A DNA stretch of 64,000 nucleotides from Candidatus Roizmanbacteria bacterium RIFOXYC1_FULL_41_16. Lineage in GTDB: Bacteria; Patescibacteriota; Microgenomatia; UBA1406. The notes beneath the pieces were generated by a model. That model had not been told where the DNA came from, searched no databases, and worked only from the letters and a program-made list of their open reading frames with translations. The DNA is taken from NCBI GenBank assembly GCA_001788295.1, contig MGBO01000007.1:14263-78262 (forward strand). The letters run 5' to 3'. Positions 39,237-49,177 of this stretch are shown here, in pieces (the stretch's first letter is position 1; each line of letters starts with the position of its first letter). The translations under genes were made by a program, and so were the position numbers.

Positions 39237-40327
39237 GAATCGGCATTGATATTTCGCAAATTGTTTATTCGGGCACAGGCGTGGCCCGGTATACTCAGGG
39301 TCTGGTTGAGGCAATTCTTCAATACGAAAACCAGCATCAGTGGGTATTTTTCTTTGCTTCCCTTAGAAGAGCCTTGCCGGCAAAGCTGGTTGCCCAGATT
39401 GCCCAAAAAGGCTTTATTCTTAAACAGTACAAAATTCCACCGACACTTTTGTCTTTGCTGTGGAACCGGTGGCATTTTATAAACGTCGAATGGCTCACTG
39501 GTAAGCTGGATTGGTATATCAGTTCGGATTGGACAGAGCCCCCGGTTAAAAACGCCAAAAAAGCAACCATTATTCATGACCTGGCTTTTTTACATTATCC
39601 CGAAACTATTGACTGGAAAATTCTTAAAACTCAGCAACAAAGACTGATTCATGTTTGCCACGAATCCGATCTGATTTTGGCCGATTCCGATTCCACCAAA
39701 CGTGATATTGAGCATTTCTTAACTTTAAATAAGGCCAAAGTCCAAACCATTTACCCAGGAATTTCGACCCGGATTCCCGATAAGAGCACGGTGCAAAAAA
39801 CCTTGGCCAAGTTTGGTCTAAAGAAACAAAACTTTATTTTGAGTGTCGGCAAATTAGAGCCGCGTAAAAATCTGGAACGCTTGCTCGAAGCATACAAAAA
39901 GCTCAATCAATCCAAATACCAGCTCATCATTGTCGGTCCCAAAGGCTGGGGCAGTCTTAATTTGGCAGGCGAAAATGTTCGAGTGATTGGCTTTGTCAAA
40001 GACGAGGAACTTTATTCTCTGTATCAAGCATGTTTGTTTTTTGTCTACCCCTCGCTTTACGAAGGTTTTGGTTATCCGGTTTTGGAGGCGGCCAGTTTAG
40101 GAGCGGCAATTGCCACCTCCAATCGATCTTCGCTTCAAGAGTTGGGTCAGGGGATCAGTTTACAATTCAATCCGGAAAACGTGGCTGACATAACCGGCAA
40201 AATGAGCACTCTGATCAGTAATCCGGATTTGCGAACCGATTTGAGTCAAAAAGCGATTGTTAAAAGCCAGGAGTTTACCTGGCAAAAAACTTATCAACAA
40301 ATAGTTGAGGTTTTAAAGAATTCATGA
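39233..40327 (+). CDS. GT4 (group 1) glycosyltransferase
   Basis: PSLYEGFGYPVLEAASLGAAIATS. The ATG at 39233 overlaps the previous stop (ATGA). Confidence 0.85.
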   Translation: MRIGIDISQIVYSGTGVARYTQGLVEAILQYENQHQWVFFFASLRRALPAKLVAQIAQKGFILKQYKIPPTLLSLLWNRWHFINVEWLTGKLDWYISSDWTEPPVKNAKKATIIHDLAFLHYPETIDWKILKTQQQRLIHVCHESDLILADSDSTKRDIEHFLTLNKAKVQTIYPGISTRIPDKSTVQKTLAKFGLKKQNFILSVGKLEPRKNLERLLEAYKKLNQSKYQLIIVGPKGWGSLNLAGENVRVIGFVKDEELYSLYQACLFFVYPSLYEGFGYPVLEAASLGAAIATSNRSSLQELGQGISLQFNPENVADITGKMSTLISNPDLRTDLSQKAIVKSQEFTWQKTYQQIVEVLKNS

Positions 40328-41406
40328 TTATTGGCATTGATGGCAATGAGGCCAATGTGAAGACACGCGTGGGCGTGGGCTGGTATGTGTATTATTTGCT
40401 CACCGAGTTCAAAAAGATCGCCGGTCCAAAATTACAGTTTCGGGTTTTTGTCAAAGAGCCGCCTCTGGATGATTTGCCCAAAGCCAGCTCTTATTTTAAT
40501 TATCAGATAGTTCCCAAACGCACTCTTTGGAGTCAGATTGATTTGCCCACTGCTCTTTTTTGGCACCATCGCGATTTGTCAGTTTTTTTGTCTCCGGCTC
40601 ATTACAGCCCGCGTTTTTGCCCTTGTCCGACTGTGGTTGTGGTTCACGACCTGTCTTATTTTTACTACCCCCAGGATTTTTTAAAAAAAGATCTTTACCA
40701 ACTGGTTAACTGGACTGCTTATTCGTTAAAAAAAGCACAGTCAATAATTGCCGTGTCTCAACTAACCAAAAAAGATATTGTCAAAAACTATGGCCTTCCC
40801 GAGTCCAAAATCAGGGTTGTTTATAATGGCTTCAGTCTTTCAAAAATCAAAGCGCAACCGCCCCAGTTTAAAATTAATAAACCCTATTTTTTATATTTGG
40901 GAACCTTGCAGCCACGCAAAAATATCCATAACTTGATCTTGGGTTTTGAACAGTTGTTGACCAAGCATCCTGAACAGAATCTTTATCTGGTTGGCAAAAA
41001 AGGCTGGCTTTATGAGGAGGTTTACGACTTGGTTAAGCGTCGTAATTTAGGTCACAAAATTATTTTTACCGACTATGTCAATGAAGCAGAAAAGTGGTTT
41101 CTGCTGAAGGAAGCGACAGCTCTGATTATGCCAGGTTGGTATGAGGGTTTTGGTTTACCGATTCTAGAAGCGTTTTCAGTTAAGACACCGGTGATTTGCA
41201 GCCAGGCCGGGGCCTTGCCGGAAATTGCCGGAGAGGCCGCTTTGTACTTTGATCCGGCTAAGCCGGTTGAGCTGGCTGAGGCAATGCAATCCCTGATTAA
41301 AAATCCAGAGCTGAGGACCAAATTGATTAGTGAGGGATTACGGCAGCTCAAACAATTTTCCTGGAGCCAAACTGCCGCTGACATTCTCAAAATAATTGAG
41401 GCATAA
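40324..41406 (+). CDS. GT4 (group 1) glycosyltransferase
   Basis: PGWYEGFGLPILEAFSVKTPVICS. 4-nt overlap with the upstream gene. Confidence 0.85.
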   Translation: MIIGIDGNEANVKTRVGVGWYVYYLLTEFKKIAGPKLQFRVFVKEPPLDDLPKASSYFNYQIVPKRTLWSQIDLPTALFWHHRDLSVFLSPAHYSPRFCPCPTVVVVHDLSYFYYPQDFLKKDLYQLVNWTAYSLKKAQSIIAVSQLTKKDIVKNYGLPESKIRVVYNGFSLSKIKAQPPQFKINKPYFLYLGTLQPRKNIHNLILGFEQLLTKHPEQNLYLVGKKGWLYEEVYDLVKRRNLGHKIIFTDYVNEAEKWFLLKEATALIMPGWYEGFGLPILEAFSVKTPVICSQAGALPEIAGEAALYFDPAKPVELAEAMQSLIKNPELRTKLISEGLRQLKQFSWSQTAADILKIIEA

Positions 41407-41469
41407 AAACTCTCGACAAACAGTGCAGAATAAAGTAAGCTTGGATAATTAACAGTTTACAAAACGAGT

Positions 41470-41703
41470 ATGGACGAGCCAACTAATACAGAGGCACAGG
41501 AAGAAATTATTTACGAGTTTGACAAAAACGAGCGCGAAGTCGTTAAACTGCGCAAATCAGTGTTCAAAGGCAAAGAATATGTTGATTTACGACTCTATGT
41601 CAAAACTCCGGAGGGAGAAGACGATATTCCCACCAAAAAAGGGGTCAACTTGCCGGTGGAGATGATTGCCGAACTCAAAAAAGCGATTGCCAAACTTAAG
41701 TAA
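41470..41703 (+). CDS. PC4/YdbC-like single-stranded DNA-binding protein
   Basis: EVVKLRKSVFKGKEYVDLRLYV...PTKKGVNLPVEMIAELKKAI is typical of the bacterial PC4-like family. Confidence 0.65.
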   Translation: MDEPTNTEAQEEIIYEFDKNEREVVKLRKSVFKGKEYVDLRLYVKTPEGEDDIPTKKGVNLPVEMIAELKKAIAKLK

Positions 41704-43036
41704 GCTGTTTCAGATAAGAGAGCAGGGCTTTTTTTTCATTCTTTAATTTGTTGGCTTCGACCTGGGCAAAAACCTGATTCAGAATTTGCCCGACTTTGGG
41801 CCCGGGTTTGAGTTTGAGTGTTTTCATCACTTGGATACCATCGATTTTCAAGTCAGTGATACTAAACGGTTTTTGCTGAACTTTTTTTAATCTTTCCAAA
41901 AACAATTCCGTTCGCCAGGAAGTCAATTTGGCGCCCGAGCCCACACGGTCGGCAAACCGCAGGTCAATAATATCCTGAAGATTGTCCGGCCCCACGTTGC
42001 GGATGAAACGTTTGAGAGCACTGTCGGTTTGCAGTTCGCTGACAGTAAACTGATGGTAGCGCACCAGTTTAGTTAACTTGACCAATTCTTTTTTACTCAG
42101 TTTAAGACGTTTGCCAATTTCATAAACCATTTCGGTTCCGACAATCTCGTGATTATAAAATGTCACAATTCCGTTCGGGTCGATTGCCCTGGTTTTGATT
42201 TTTCCCAGATCATGGAGCAAGCAGGCGAGTCTAACCAAAGGATTTTTGTTTTGACAGTGTTTCAGAGTCATAAACAAATGAGTACCCAAATCATAGATAT
42301 GATGTCTTTCCGGGCTGACCTGATCAATCGAAAAAGCCGTGACCAGTTCCGGCAAAATATGGTCCAGTAAGCCGGTTTCTTTAAGAAGCATCATTCCGTC
42401 GTAGGGATTATCTGAGGCCAGGATTTTCATCAATTCGTCGCGCAGCCGCTCACTGCTTATTCTTTTTAGTAACTGGTTGTGGGTTTTAAGGGCCCGGCGG
42501 GTTTCCTGTTCAATTGTAAAACCCAGTTGGCAGCTGAAACGTACGGCCCGCAGCAGTCTGAGGGCGTCTTCCTGAAACCGCTCCTCCGGTTTGCCGATTG
42601 TCCGAATGATCTTTTTTTCTAAATCAGCCTTTCCCTGAAACAGGTCGACAAAGGTTTTGCCGTCGTAGCAAAAGGCATTAATGGTAAAGTCGCGTCTTTT
42701 CAAATCCTCAGCCAATGATTTTCCCCAGGCAATTTGATCAGGATGACGAGAGTCGCGATAATTGTTTTCCGTCCGGTAAGTGGTAATTTCAAAAAAATCC
42801 CCTTTTTCAAGCGGGACAATCACGGTGCCAAAACGATTTTCATATTTGGCATTTTCAAAAAGTGCCAGAATTTGTTCGGGAGTGGCGTTGGTCGTAAAAT
42901 CAATGCCAATTCCATCAGTCTGGCGTTTCAGAAGCTGGTCGCGAAGGTAGCCGCCCACCACATAGCATTCGTAGCCGTGTTTTTTAAAATCAGCAATTAG
43001 CTGGCTGACTTTCTTGGGTAATATTAGTTGCGTCAT
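41696..43036 (-). CDS. cca: CCA-adding enzyme / poly(A) polymerase-family tRNA nucleotidyltransferase with an HD domain
   Basis: VVGGYLRDQLL...GIDFTT and LLHDLGK. Start taken at MTQLILPKK (43036); the ORF is open to 43141. Confidence 0.85.
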   Translation of the reverse strand: MTQLILPKKVSQLIADFKKHGYECYVVGGYLRDQLLKRQTDGIGIDFTTNATPEQILALFENAKYENRFGTVIVPLEKGDFFEITTYRTENNYRDSRHPDQIAWGKSLAEDLKRRDFTINAFCYDGKTFVDLFQGKADLEKKIIRTIGKPEERFQEDALRLLRAVRFSCQLGFTIEQETRRALKTHNQLLKRISSERLRDELMKILASDNPYDGMMLLKETGLLDHILPELVTAFSIDQVSPERHHIYDLGTHLFMTLKHCQNKNPLVRLACLLHDLGKIKTRAIDPNGIVTFYNHEIVGTEMVYEIGKRLKLSKKELVKLTKLVRYHQFTVSELQTDSALKRFIRNVGPDNLQDIIDLRFADRVGSGAKLTSWRTELFLERLKKVQQKPFSITDLKIDGIQVMKTLKLKPGPKVGQILNQVFAQVEANKLKNEKKALLSYLKQLT

Positions 43037-43073
43037 CTTTTGTATTATATTATAATTTAATCCACTATGGGTT

Positions 43074-43101
43074 TTGACACACCTCGCTATCTTATTATTA
43101 A
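43074..43101 (+). promoter_or_regulatory. candidate promoter TTGACA-N16-TATTAA
   Basis: ttgaca (43074..43079), a 16-nt spacer, tattaa (43096..43101). Confidence 0.4.
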
Positions 43102-43139
43102 AAAGATTTGTACTAATGTATAGTACAGATTCAATCACC

Positions 43140-43165
43140 AATCCCGCGGAAGCGGGATTTTTTTT
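43140..43165 (+). terminator. intrinsic terminator-like hairpin 12 nt upstream of the UMP-kinase fusion gene
   Basis: aatcccgc-ggaa-gcgggatt running into a run of eight T. Plus-strand polarity only. Confidence 0.65.
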
Positions 43166-43177
43166 CGGTCGAAAATT

Positions 43178-44491
43178 ATGCAGGAAACATTAATTTTATC
43201 TATTGGCGGCAGTTTGATTGTCCCTAATGGAGGAATTAATGTTGATTTTTTAACCAAGCTGAATGTTTTTGTCCGCCGGAATGTTTCCAAAAATCGCCGG
43301 CTGTTTCTGGTTGCCGGAGGCGGAACCACAGCCCGTCATTATATTGACGGCGGCAAAAAAGTAATTAAGAAAATCACCAACGACGACTTGGATTGGCTCG
43401 GGATTCATTCCTCTCGTCTCAACGCTCATTTGTTAAGAACCATTTTCCGCGATTTGGCCCACCCTCGTATTACCGAAAACTATGATCACCGGATTTTAAA
43501 TCTAAGAGAGCCGGTTATGATTGGCGCCGGCTGGAAACCGGGCTGGTCTACCGATTATTGCGCGGTGATGTTTGCCAAAAACTACAATGCCAATCTGGTG
43601 ATCAATTTGTCCAATCTATACTGGATTTACGACAAAGACCCCAATGTTTATCACGGCGCCAAAGTCATTGAAAAAACGACTTGGGATTTTTACCAAACAC
43701 TGGTTGGCGATAAATGGACACCGGGTTTGTCGGCGCCGATCGATCCCATTGCCGCCGCTCTTTCCAAAGAACTCAAACTGACTGTGATCACCACCAAAGG
43801 CGACGATTTCCGCAACTTACAGCGGATTGTGGACGGAGAAAGTTTCAAAGGTACCGTAATCCGGCCTTTCGACGTGTCATCGGCTTTTTACGACCGTCAG
43901 TATTATCTGGGCGAAAAAGGCGAATATCGTTATGTTGGCGGAATCAACAAAGCCAAGGAAATATTATTCAAATTAGCCAATTGGTATCGGGCTTTATATA
44001 TCAAATTACAGTTTAACCCCAAAACTTTACTGGATGTCGGTTGCGGCACCGGTGAGCTGGTCCACAACTTAAGGCTTTTGGGAGTCGATGCTCGAGGCGT
44101 GGAGTTGTCGCCGGACGCTTTGGCGATGGCTAGGGACAATGTGAAGCCCTTTTTGAGCCAGGGAGACGCTGAGAAACTGCCTTTTAAGAATAATTCATTT
44201 GAAATGGTAATCAGTATTGATGTTTTAGAGCACTTGGAAAGATCAAAATTGCAAAAAGTCGTTAATGAAACAGTGAGAGTGGCCAAAAAAGCAGTGCTGC
44301 ACAAGATTTTTACCCAGGAGAATGTTCTTTTAGACTTTTTCCATAGCGACGACCCTTCTCACGTCTCAGTTTTCTCTCAGGGTTTTTGGGAAAGACTGTT
44401 TATTAATACCAAGAACGTCGCGGTGGCCCGTAAGTTTTTCCGGCTGCCTTCTTATCTTGAGAGTGTCTATCTTCTCAAGAAAAACGATTAA
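43178..44491 (+). CDS. pyrH: archaeal-type UMP kinase (amino-acid-kinase fold) fused to a class I SAM-dependent methyltransferase
   Basis: N-terminal half: LSIGGSLIVP, LVAGGGTTARHYI, GIHSSRLNAHLL, GAGWKPGWSTDYCA, DPIAAAL, GTVIRP, matching my recollection of archaeal PyrH. C-terminal half: LLDVGCGTGELV...GVELSP...FEMVISIDVLEHL. Confidence 0.75.
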   Translation: MQETLILSIGGSLIVPNGGINVDFLTKLNVFVRRNVSKNRRLFLVAGGGTTARHYIDGGKKVIKKITNDDLDWLGIHSSRLNAHLLRTIFRDLAHPRITENYDHRILNLREPVMIGAGWKPGWSTDYCAVMFAKNYNANLVINLSNLYWIYDKDPNVYHGAKVIEKTTWDFYQTLVGDKWTPGLSAPIDPIAAALSKELKLTVITTKGDDFRNLQRIVDGESFKGTVIRPFDVSSAFYDRQYYLGEKGEYRYVGGINKAKEILFKLANWYRALYIKLQFNPKTLLDVGCGTGELVHNLRLLGVDARGVELSPDALAMARDNVKPFLSQGDAEKLPFKNNSFEMVISIDVLEHLERSKLQKVVNETVRVAKKAVLHKIFTQENVLLDFFHSDDPSHVSVFSQGFWERLFINTKNVAVARKFFRLPSYLESVYLLKKND

Positions 44492-44501
44492 CCAAAGCAG
44501 A

Positions 44502-45578
44502 ATGTTTCTCAAATCAATCACTTTATCCGGTTTCCGGTCTTTTAATAAAAAAGACTATTTTCAATTTGATCCCAAGTTTACGCTGATTATCGGTCCTAAT
44601 TCAGTTGGCAAAACCAATCTCTTAGAATCGATTTATTTTCTGAGCAAAGGCAACGGTTTTCGGGACAAAAAAACTTATGAGTTGGTCTCATCCGGCCAGC
44701 CGCTTTGTGTGGTTGAGGCCGAGTTGTCAAACAAAGATCAGGCAACCAATCTGGGTATTAAACTCAATCAAAAAGACCAGGAAGTCCGCAAAAGTTTTTT
44801 CATCAACCAATTAAACAAAACTTTCAAACAGTACAGTCAGCGCACTTTTAGCGTCGTCTTGTTTCAGCCAGAGGATTTGCTTATGGTCAACGGCACCCCG
44901 GACAAGCGCCGGAGCTATTTTGATCGGGTTTTGGCCCAGGTCGGCTACCAGTATTATCTGGCCAGGCAAAATTTTAGCCGCGGTTTATACAAGCGCAATA
45001 AAATTCTGGAAAACCAGCAGGAATATCAAAAGCCGGTACTTTTGGATTTGTTACGTTTTTGGGATCAATATCTGGAGGAGCAGGCCTCAGTTTTACAAAA
45101 ACAAAGGTTAAGTTTGGTAGAAGCTTTCAACACTCGTCCGTCCTTAAACGGCATGAGTTTCAAAATTATGTATGAGCAAAATCACTTTATCAGTAGTGGC
45201 GACGCCAAACAGTTGAGCCTGGAATTAAAAAATCGCCGCACTCTTTCTGGGCCTCAGCTGGACGACTTCATCTTTGTCCGTCTTAATCACACTCAAGATA
45301 AGTTACTGTCTCAGTATGGTTCCCGGAGCGAGCAGCGGCTGTGTGTACTTTGGCTCAAAATCAACGAATTGCAATATCTCAAAGAACAAAGCGGCCAGTT
45401 GCCCATTTTATTAATGGATGATATTTTTTCAGAACTGGATCAGGCCAATAGCGAGCGGATTTTACACGTTTCACAAGATTATCAAACCATTGTTACCACA
45501 GCCCATTTAGATATTCTGCCTCTGATTGAAAAAGCCGGACTGAAGATGATGGGCAAAACAATTACATTAACCCCCTGA
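44502..45578 (+). CDS. recF: DNA replication and repair protein RecF
   Basis: [14 protein letters not shown] and Walker [13 protein letters not shown], with the C-terminal [11 protein letters not shown]. Confidence 0.9.
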   Translation: MFLKSITLSGFRSFNKKDYFQFDPKFTLIIGPNSVGKTNLLESIYFLSKGNGFRDKKTYELVSSGQPLCVVEAELSNKDQATNLGIKLNQKDQEVRKSFFINQLNKTFKQYSQRTFSVVLFQPEDLLMVNGTPDKRRSYFDRVLAQVGYQYYLARQNFSRGLYKRNKILENQQEYQKPVLLDLLRFWDQYLEEQASVLQKQRLSLVEAFNTRPSLNGMSFKIMYEQNHFISSGDAKQLSLELKNRRTLSGPQLDDFIFVRLNHTQDKLLSQYGSRSEQRLCVLWLKINELQYLKEQSGQLPILLMDDIFSELDQANSERILHVSQDYQTIVTTAHLDILPLIEKAGLKMMGKTITLTP

Positions 45579-46656
45579 GTTTTTTGGCGCGTGAGGGATG
45601 TTTGAGTTTGCGGATTGCCTTGGCTTCAATCTGCCTGATGCGTTCACGGGTCACATTAAACTGCCGGCCGACTTCCTCCAGAGTTCTGGGTTTGCCGTCT
45701 TCCAGCCCGTAGCGCAATACCAAAACTTTGCGTTCCCTGGGAGTTAAGGTATCCAGTACCTCAAACAAATATTCCTTAATGAATTTGTTCGTGACATTGT
45801 CGTAAATGCTGCTTTGATTTGGATCCTTGATAAAGTCCTCCAGAGTGGCATCTTCCTCGTCGTTGATGGCCGTTGACAGCGAGGTGGTTCTTTGCGAAAT
45901 TCGGAACAGATTTTTGATTTCGTCCTCAGACATTTCCAGAGCGCGGCTCAATTCCTTAATGGTCGGGGTCCGGTTGTATTTTTGCATTAAGCGGCGCTGG
46001 ATTTTGTAAAGCTTGTTAATGTTTTCAACCATATGCACCGGAATGCGGATCGTGCGCGACTGATCGGCAATGGCCCGGGTAATGGCTTGCCTAATCCACC
46101 AAGTGGCATAAGTGGAGAATTTAAAACCACGGCGCCAATCGTATTTTTCCACCGCTTTCATCAAGCCCTGATTACCCTCCTGAATTAAGTCCAAAAAAGA
46201 CAAACCACGGCCAATATGTTTTTTGGCCACCGAAACCACTAATCTTAAATTCGAAACTACCAGTGTTTTTCGAGCCGCTTCGTCTTCATTTTCATAGCGT
46301 TTGGCAAGAGAGATTTCGTCTTCAAATTTCAGCAAGGGATAAGTGCCAATTTCTTTGAGGTAAATTTTGATCGGATCCAGCGATTCGCCCTTTTCCAGTT
46401 TGATCATGCTTTCCAGTTCTTTTTCCAGTTCCTGGGTGGATTTTTGCGCCTCTTGTTCCTCGCGGGTAGACACGTTTTCAAAAACGTCGATTTTTTTGTT
46501 CAAGAGGTAGTCAAACAAAGCGTCCAGTTCCGGCACATGTTTTTCCGGTTCGGGATAAAGATTCAAAACATCATCCAAAACCACAAAGCCGGAATCAATG
46601 CCGTCTTTGATGAACTGTTGCACGTTTGGTGCAAAAGAGTTGAGGTTGTTAGGCAT
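45562..46656 (-). CDS. rpoD: primary RNA polymerase sigma factor (sigma-70 family)
   Basis: [34 protein letters not shown], and the region 4 segment [19 protein letters not shown]. Confidence 0.95.
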   Translation of the reverse strand: MPNNLNSFAPNVQQFIKDGIDSGFVVLDDVLNLYPEPEKHVPELDALFDYLLNKKIDVFENVSTREEQEAQKSTQELEKELESMIKLEKGESLDPIKIYLKEIGTYPLLKFEDEISLAKRYENEDEAARKTLVVSNLRLVVSVAKKHIGRGLSFLDLIQEGNQGLMKAVEKYDWRRGFKFSTYATWWIRQAITRAIADQSRTIRIPVHMVENINKLYKIQRRLMQKYNRTPTIKELSRALEMSEDEIKNLFRISQRTTSLSTAINDEEDATLEDFIKDPNQSSIYDNVTNKFIKEYLFEVLDTLTPRERKVLVLRYGLEDGKPRTLEEVGRQFNVTRERIRQIEAKAIRKLKHPSRAKKLRGLM

Positions 46657-46665
46657 ATCTATATT

Positions 46666-48438
46666 CTATATGATCGAGAGCGTTTTTTCTACCTTGGTTA
46701 GTTCTTTGAGTTTGAGCTTGAGCGCTGTTTCGTTTTCCGACTTCATCAGTTCCTGGATTTGTTTTTTGAGTGAGTATTTTTTAATCTTCAAAATATTTTT
46801 GGTAATTTCTTTTTTCCAGTCGATGTCGCCAGTGGGCAGATCATAGAGAAAGCCACGATTATACGAATCCATCAGTTCGTCTGGCAGGTTTTGATTGAGT
46901 TGTTCCAGAATTTCTTTGGGGGTGGTTTCGGTGTAAGATTGGGCCAGCTTAAACAATTTATAGGTTGAGGGCGAATAATAATCGTTTTCAGAAAGTTCCT
47001 GCCCGGCTTTTTTAAGCAGATAAACCTGTTCGCTGGTTTGCACAAGCAGGGCGAGCAGATAATTTTCCAGCGTTTCCTCAACGTTCTTTTTTTTGTCGCT
47101 TTCCCTTGTGGTGGCAAATCCGGACTGGTCTTTTTTCCCTTGTTTTTGTTTTCGCCGGTAATCAAACAGAGCACGCTTAATCGTTTCTCCCGGAGTGTTG
47201 GTTTTTTCCGACAGCAATCTGAGGTAATGGTCAAACAAAATCGGATTATAGATATTAGCTAGATATGGAATAATCGCCTCAATCACGGCTTTTTGGCCGT
47301 AGACTGTGCTAAGATCTTGTTTTAGGCTGTATGAATCAATCAGATATTCATAGATTGTTTGTTTATCTTTATAAAACTGGGCAAAGTCGTCGGCTTTGGA
47401 TTGCAACACGTCGGCCGGGTCTTTGCCGGATTTAAGGTTAACTACGTGCATCTGAAAATCAAATTTCTCCGCCTCCTCAATGCTGCGTCTGATTGCTTCC
47501 TGGCCGGCCTGATCCATATCAAGCGCAAACACAATCCGGTTGGTCAGGCGTTTGATCAGTCGCAAATGATCCTGGGTTAGAGCCGAGCCCTTGATGGCGA
47601 CAGTTTGTTTATAGCCAAACTGATGGGCCAAAATCGCATCAAACTCACCCTCCACCAGCATAATTTCATTTTGTTCGCGAATATCCTTGTGTCCCTGATG
47701 CAAGCCAAACAGGTTTTCCCGTTTATGATAAATAGCCGTTTCGGGCGTATTCATATATTTCATTTCCTGGCCGCCTTTGGTGGTTTCGTCCATCACTCGG
47801 CCTGAGAATCCCAAAATATTTCCCCGGAGATCAGTGAGAGGGAACATCAGCCGGGAGCGGAAACGGTCGTAGAAACGATTGCCTTGAGTTTTAATAATTA
47901 GCCCGGCGGCCAAAATTTCCAAAGCTGTGTAGCCTTTTTTGGTCAAAAATTTAAGGAGTGAATCCCAGGATTTTGGGGCATAGCCCAGATAAAAATACTT
48001 GGCGGTTTTGTTGTTCACGCCGCGGCTGTCCAAATATTGCCGGGCTTTGTTGCCCAGGCGGTGTTTTTCCAGTAAAAACTGGTAAAAATCAGCCGCGTAT
48101 TGATTGATGGTAATCAGTTTTTGTTTTTGGTCCCAATCATTGTCCACAAAACTGCCTTTTTCCAGTTTGACACCGGCTTCCTGCGCCAGAATTTTCAGAG
48201 CTTCACCAAAAGTGAGGTTTTCCCATTTCATCAGGAATTTAAAAATGTCGCCGCCTTCGTTGCAGGCGCCGAAACAGTGCCAGATTTGCCGGTCCGGCGA
48301 GACTACAAAGGAAGGCGTTTTTTCCGAGTGAAAAGGGCAGGGAGCTTTAAAATTCCGGCCCGCCTTTTGCAAAGGCACATGTTTATTGATAAATTCCACA
48401 ATATCGATTCGTTTCTTGATTTCCCCAAGTGCATCCAT
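46666..48438 (-). CDS. dnaG: DNA primase
   Basis: Zinc finger [25 protein letters not shown] and Toprim LVEGEFDAI...ALDMDQAG. The dnaG-rpoD order is conserved. Confidence 0.95.
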   Translation of the reverse strand: [590 protein letters not shown]

Positions 48439-48465
48439 AGGCTGTTGCCGTATTATACAATTTTT

Positions 48466-49134
48466 CTAAGGGCAGCTTTTGGCTTTGTTGTAGCCGGCTT
48501 TTTGAGCCTGTTTTTCAGTGCAAAACCAGTCTTCTCCCTGGTCCTCCTCAACAATCACAAATTGATACTGAGCACAGCCCGGATAATAGTACCGTTTGGT
48601 GTATGGGCTGTTATTATCTATGTTGCCTTTAATCACACAGCGCGGGTTAGCCGGTTCTTGATGCACGCATTTTTTGTACAAACCAATATTTTTGGTCTTA
48701 GCCTCATCGGCCGCTTGTTTCAAAACGTCCTTCTTTGCCGAATTGTCATGATGATATCTGGCCCAGCCGCTTTTGAGCATCTCAAGATTCAAAAAAGTTT
48801 GGTCGCTATAAACATAAGCCATCGGTCGCCCGCGTTGATCAATAATTCTTTCGCTAATATTAATTCCCTGATTTCTTTTAAGTAAGTCCTGCAAATATTC
48901 TTTCGCTTCTTTGCCTCCGCAGTTTTCCAGTTCAGGGGCATCAATGTTTCTTAGTCGCAATCTTGCTTTGTTTTCCAAAACCAGTGTATCGCCGTCAAGC
49001 ACGGCCAGCATTTTATATAGATTATTATTCGGTTTTGTCAGTTGATAACCAAAATATAAGTTCAGAATCAAAGAGGGGAGTGCTATCCAAGTTAAAAGTC
49101 GTTTAATATGATTAGCCTTTTTCTTGGCTTTCAT
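48466..49134 (-). CDS. membrane-anchored staphylococcal-nuclease (thermonuclease)-like protein with a C-terminal Cys-containing domain
   Basis: VLDGDTLVLENKARLRLRNIDAPE. C-terminal CVIKGNIDNNSPYTKRYYYPGC...WFCTEKQAQKAGY. Confidence 0.8.
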   Translation of the reverse strand: MKAKKKANHIKRLLTWIALPSLILNLYFGYQLTKPNNNLYKMLAVLDGDTLVLENKARLRLRNIDAPELENCGGKEAKEYLQDLLKRNQGINISERIIDQRGRPMAYVYSDQTFLNLEMLKSGWARYHHDNSAKKDVLKQAADEAKTKNIGLYKKCVHQEPANPRCVIKGNIDNNSPYTKRYYYPGCAQYQFVIVEEDQGEDWFCTEKQAQKAGYNKAKSCP

Positions 49135-49155
49135 AGCTTAAAGTATAGTCTTTCT

Positions 49156-49164
49156 TGATATAAT
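49156..49164 (+). promoter_or_regulatory. extended -10 element TGaTATAAT upstream of tRNA-Ser
   Basis: tgatataat ends 13 nt before the first tRNA base. Confidence 0.5.
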
Positions 49165-49177
49165 TTACTAGATTACT

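Noticed and set aside
43140-43165. The hairpin plus T8 run, considered as the terminator of the cca gene.
   Set aside because: cca is on the minus strand and starts here rather than ending. The T-run follows the stem only on the plus strand. It is interpreted instead as a leader or sRNA terminator.
48100-48885. A 261-aa plus-strand ORF spanning the dnaG start and the nuclease gene.
   Set aside because: It lies entirely antisense to two well-supported minus-strand genes, has low-complexity hydrophobic composition and shows no motif. It is most likely a chance open frame in A/T-rich DNA.
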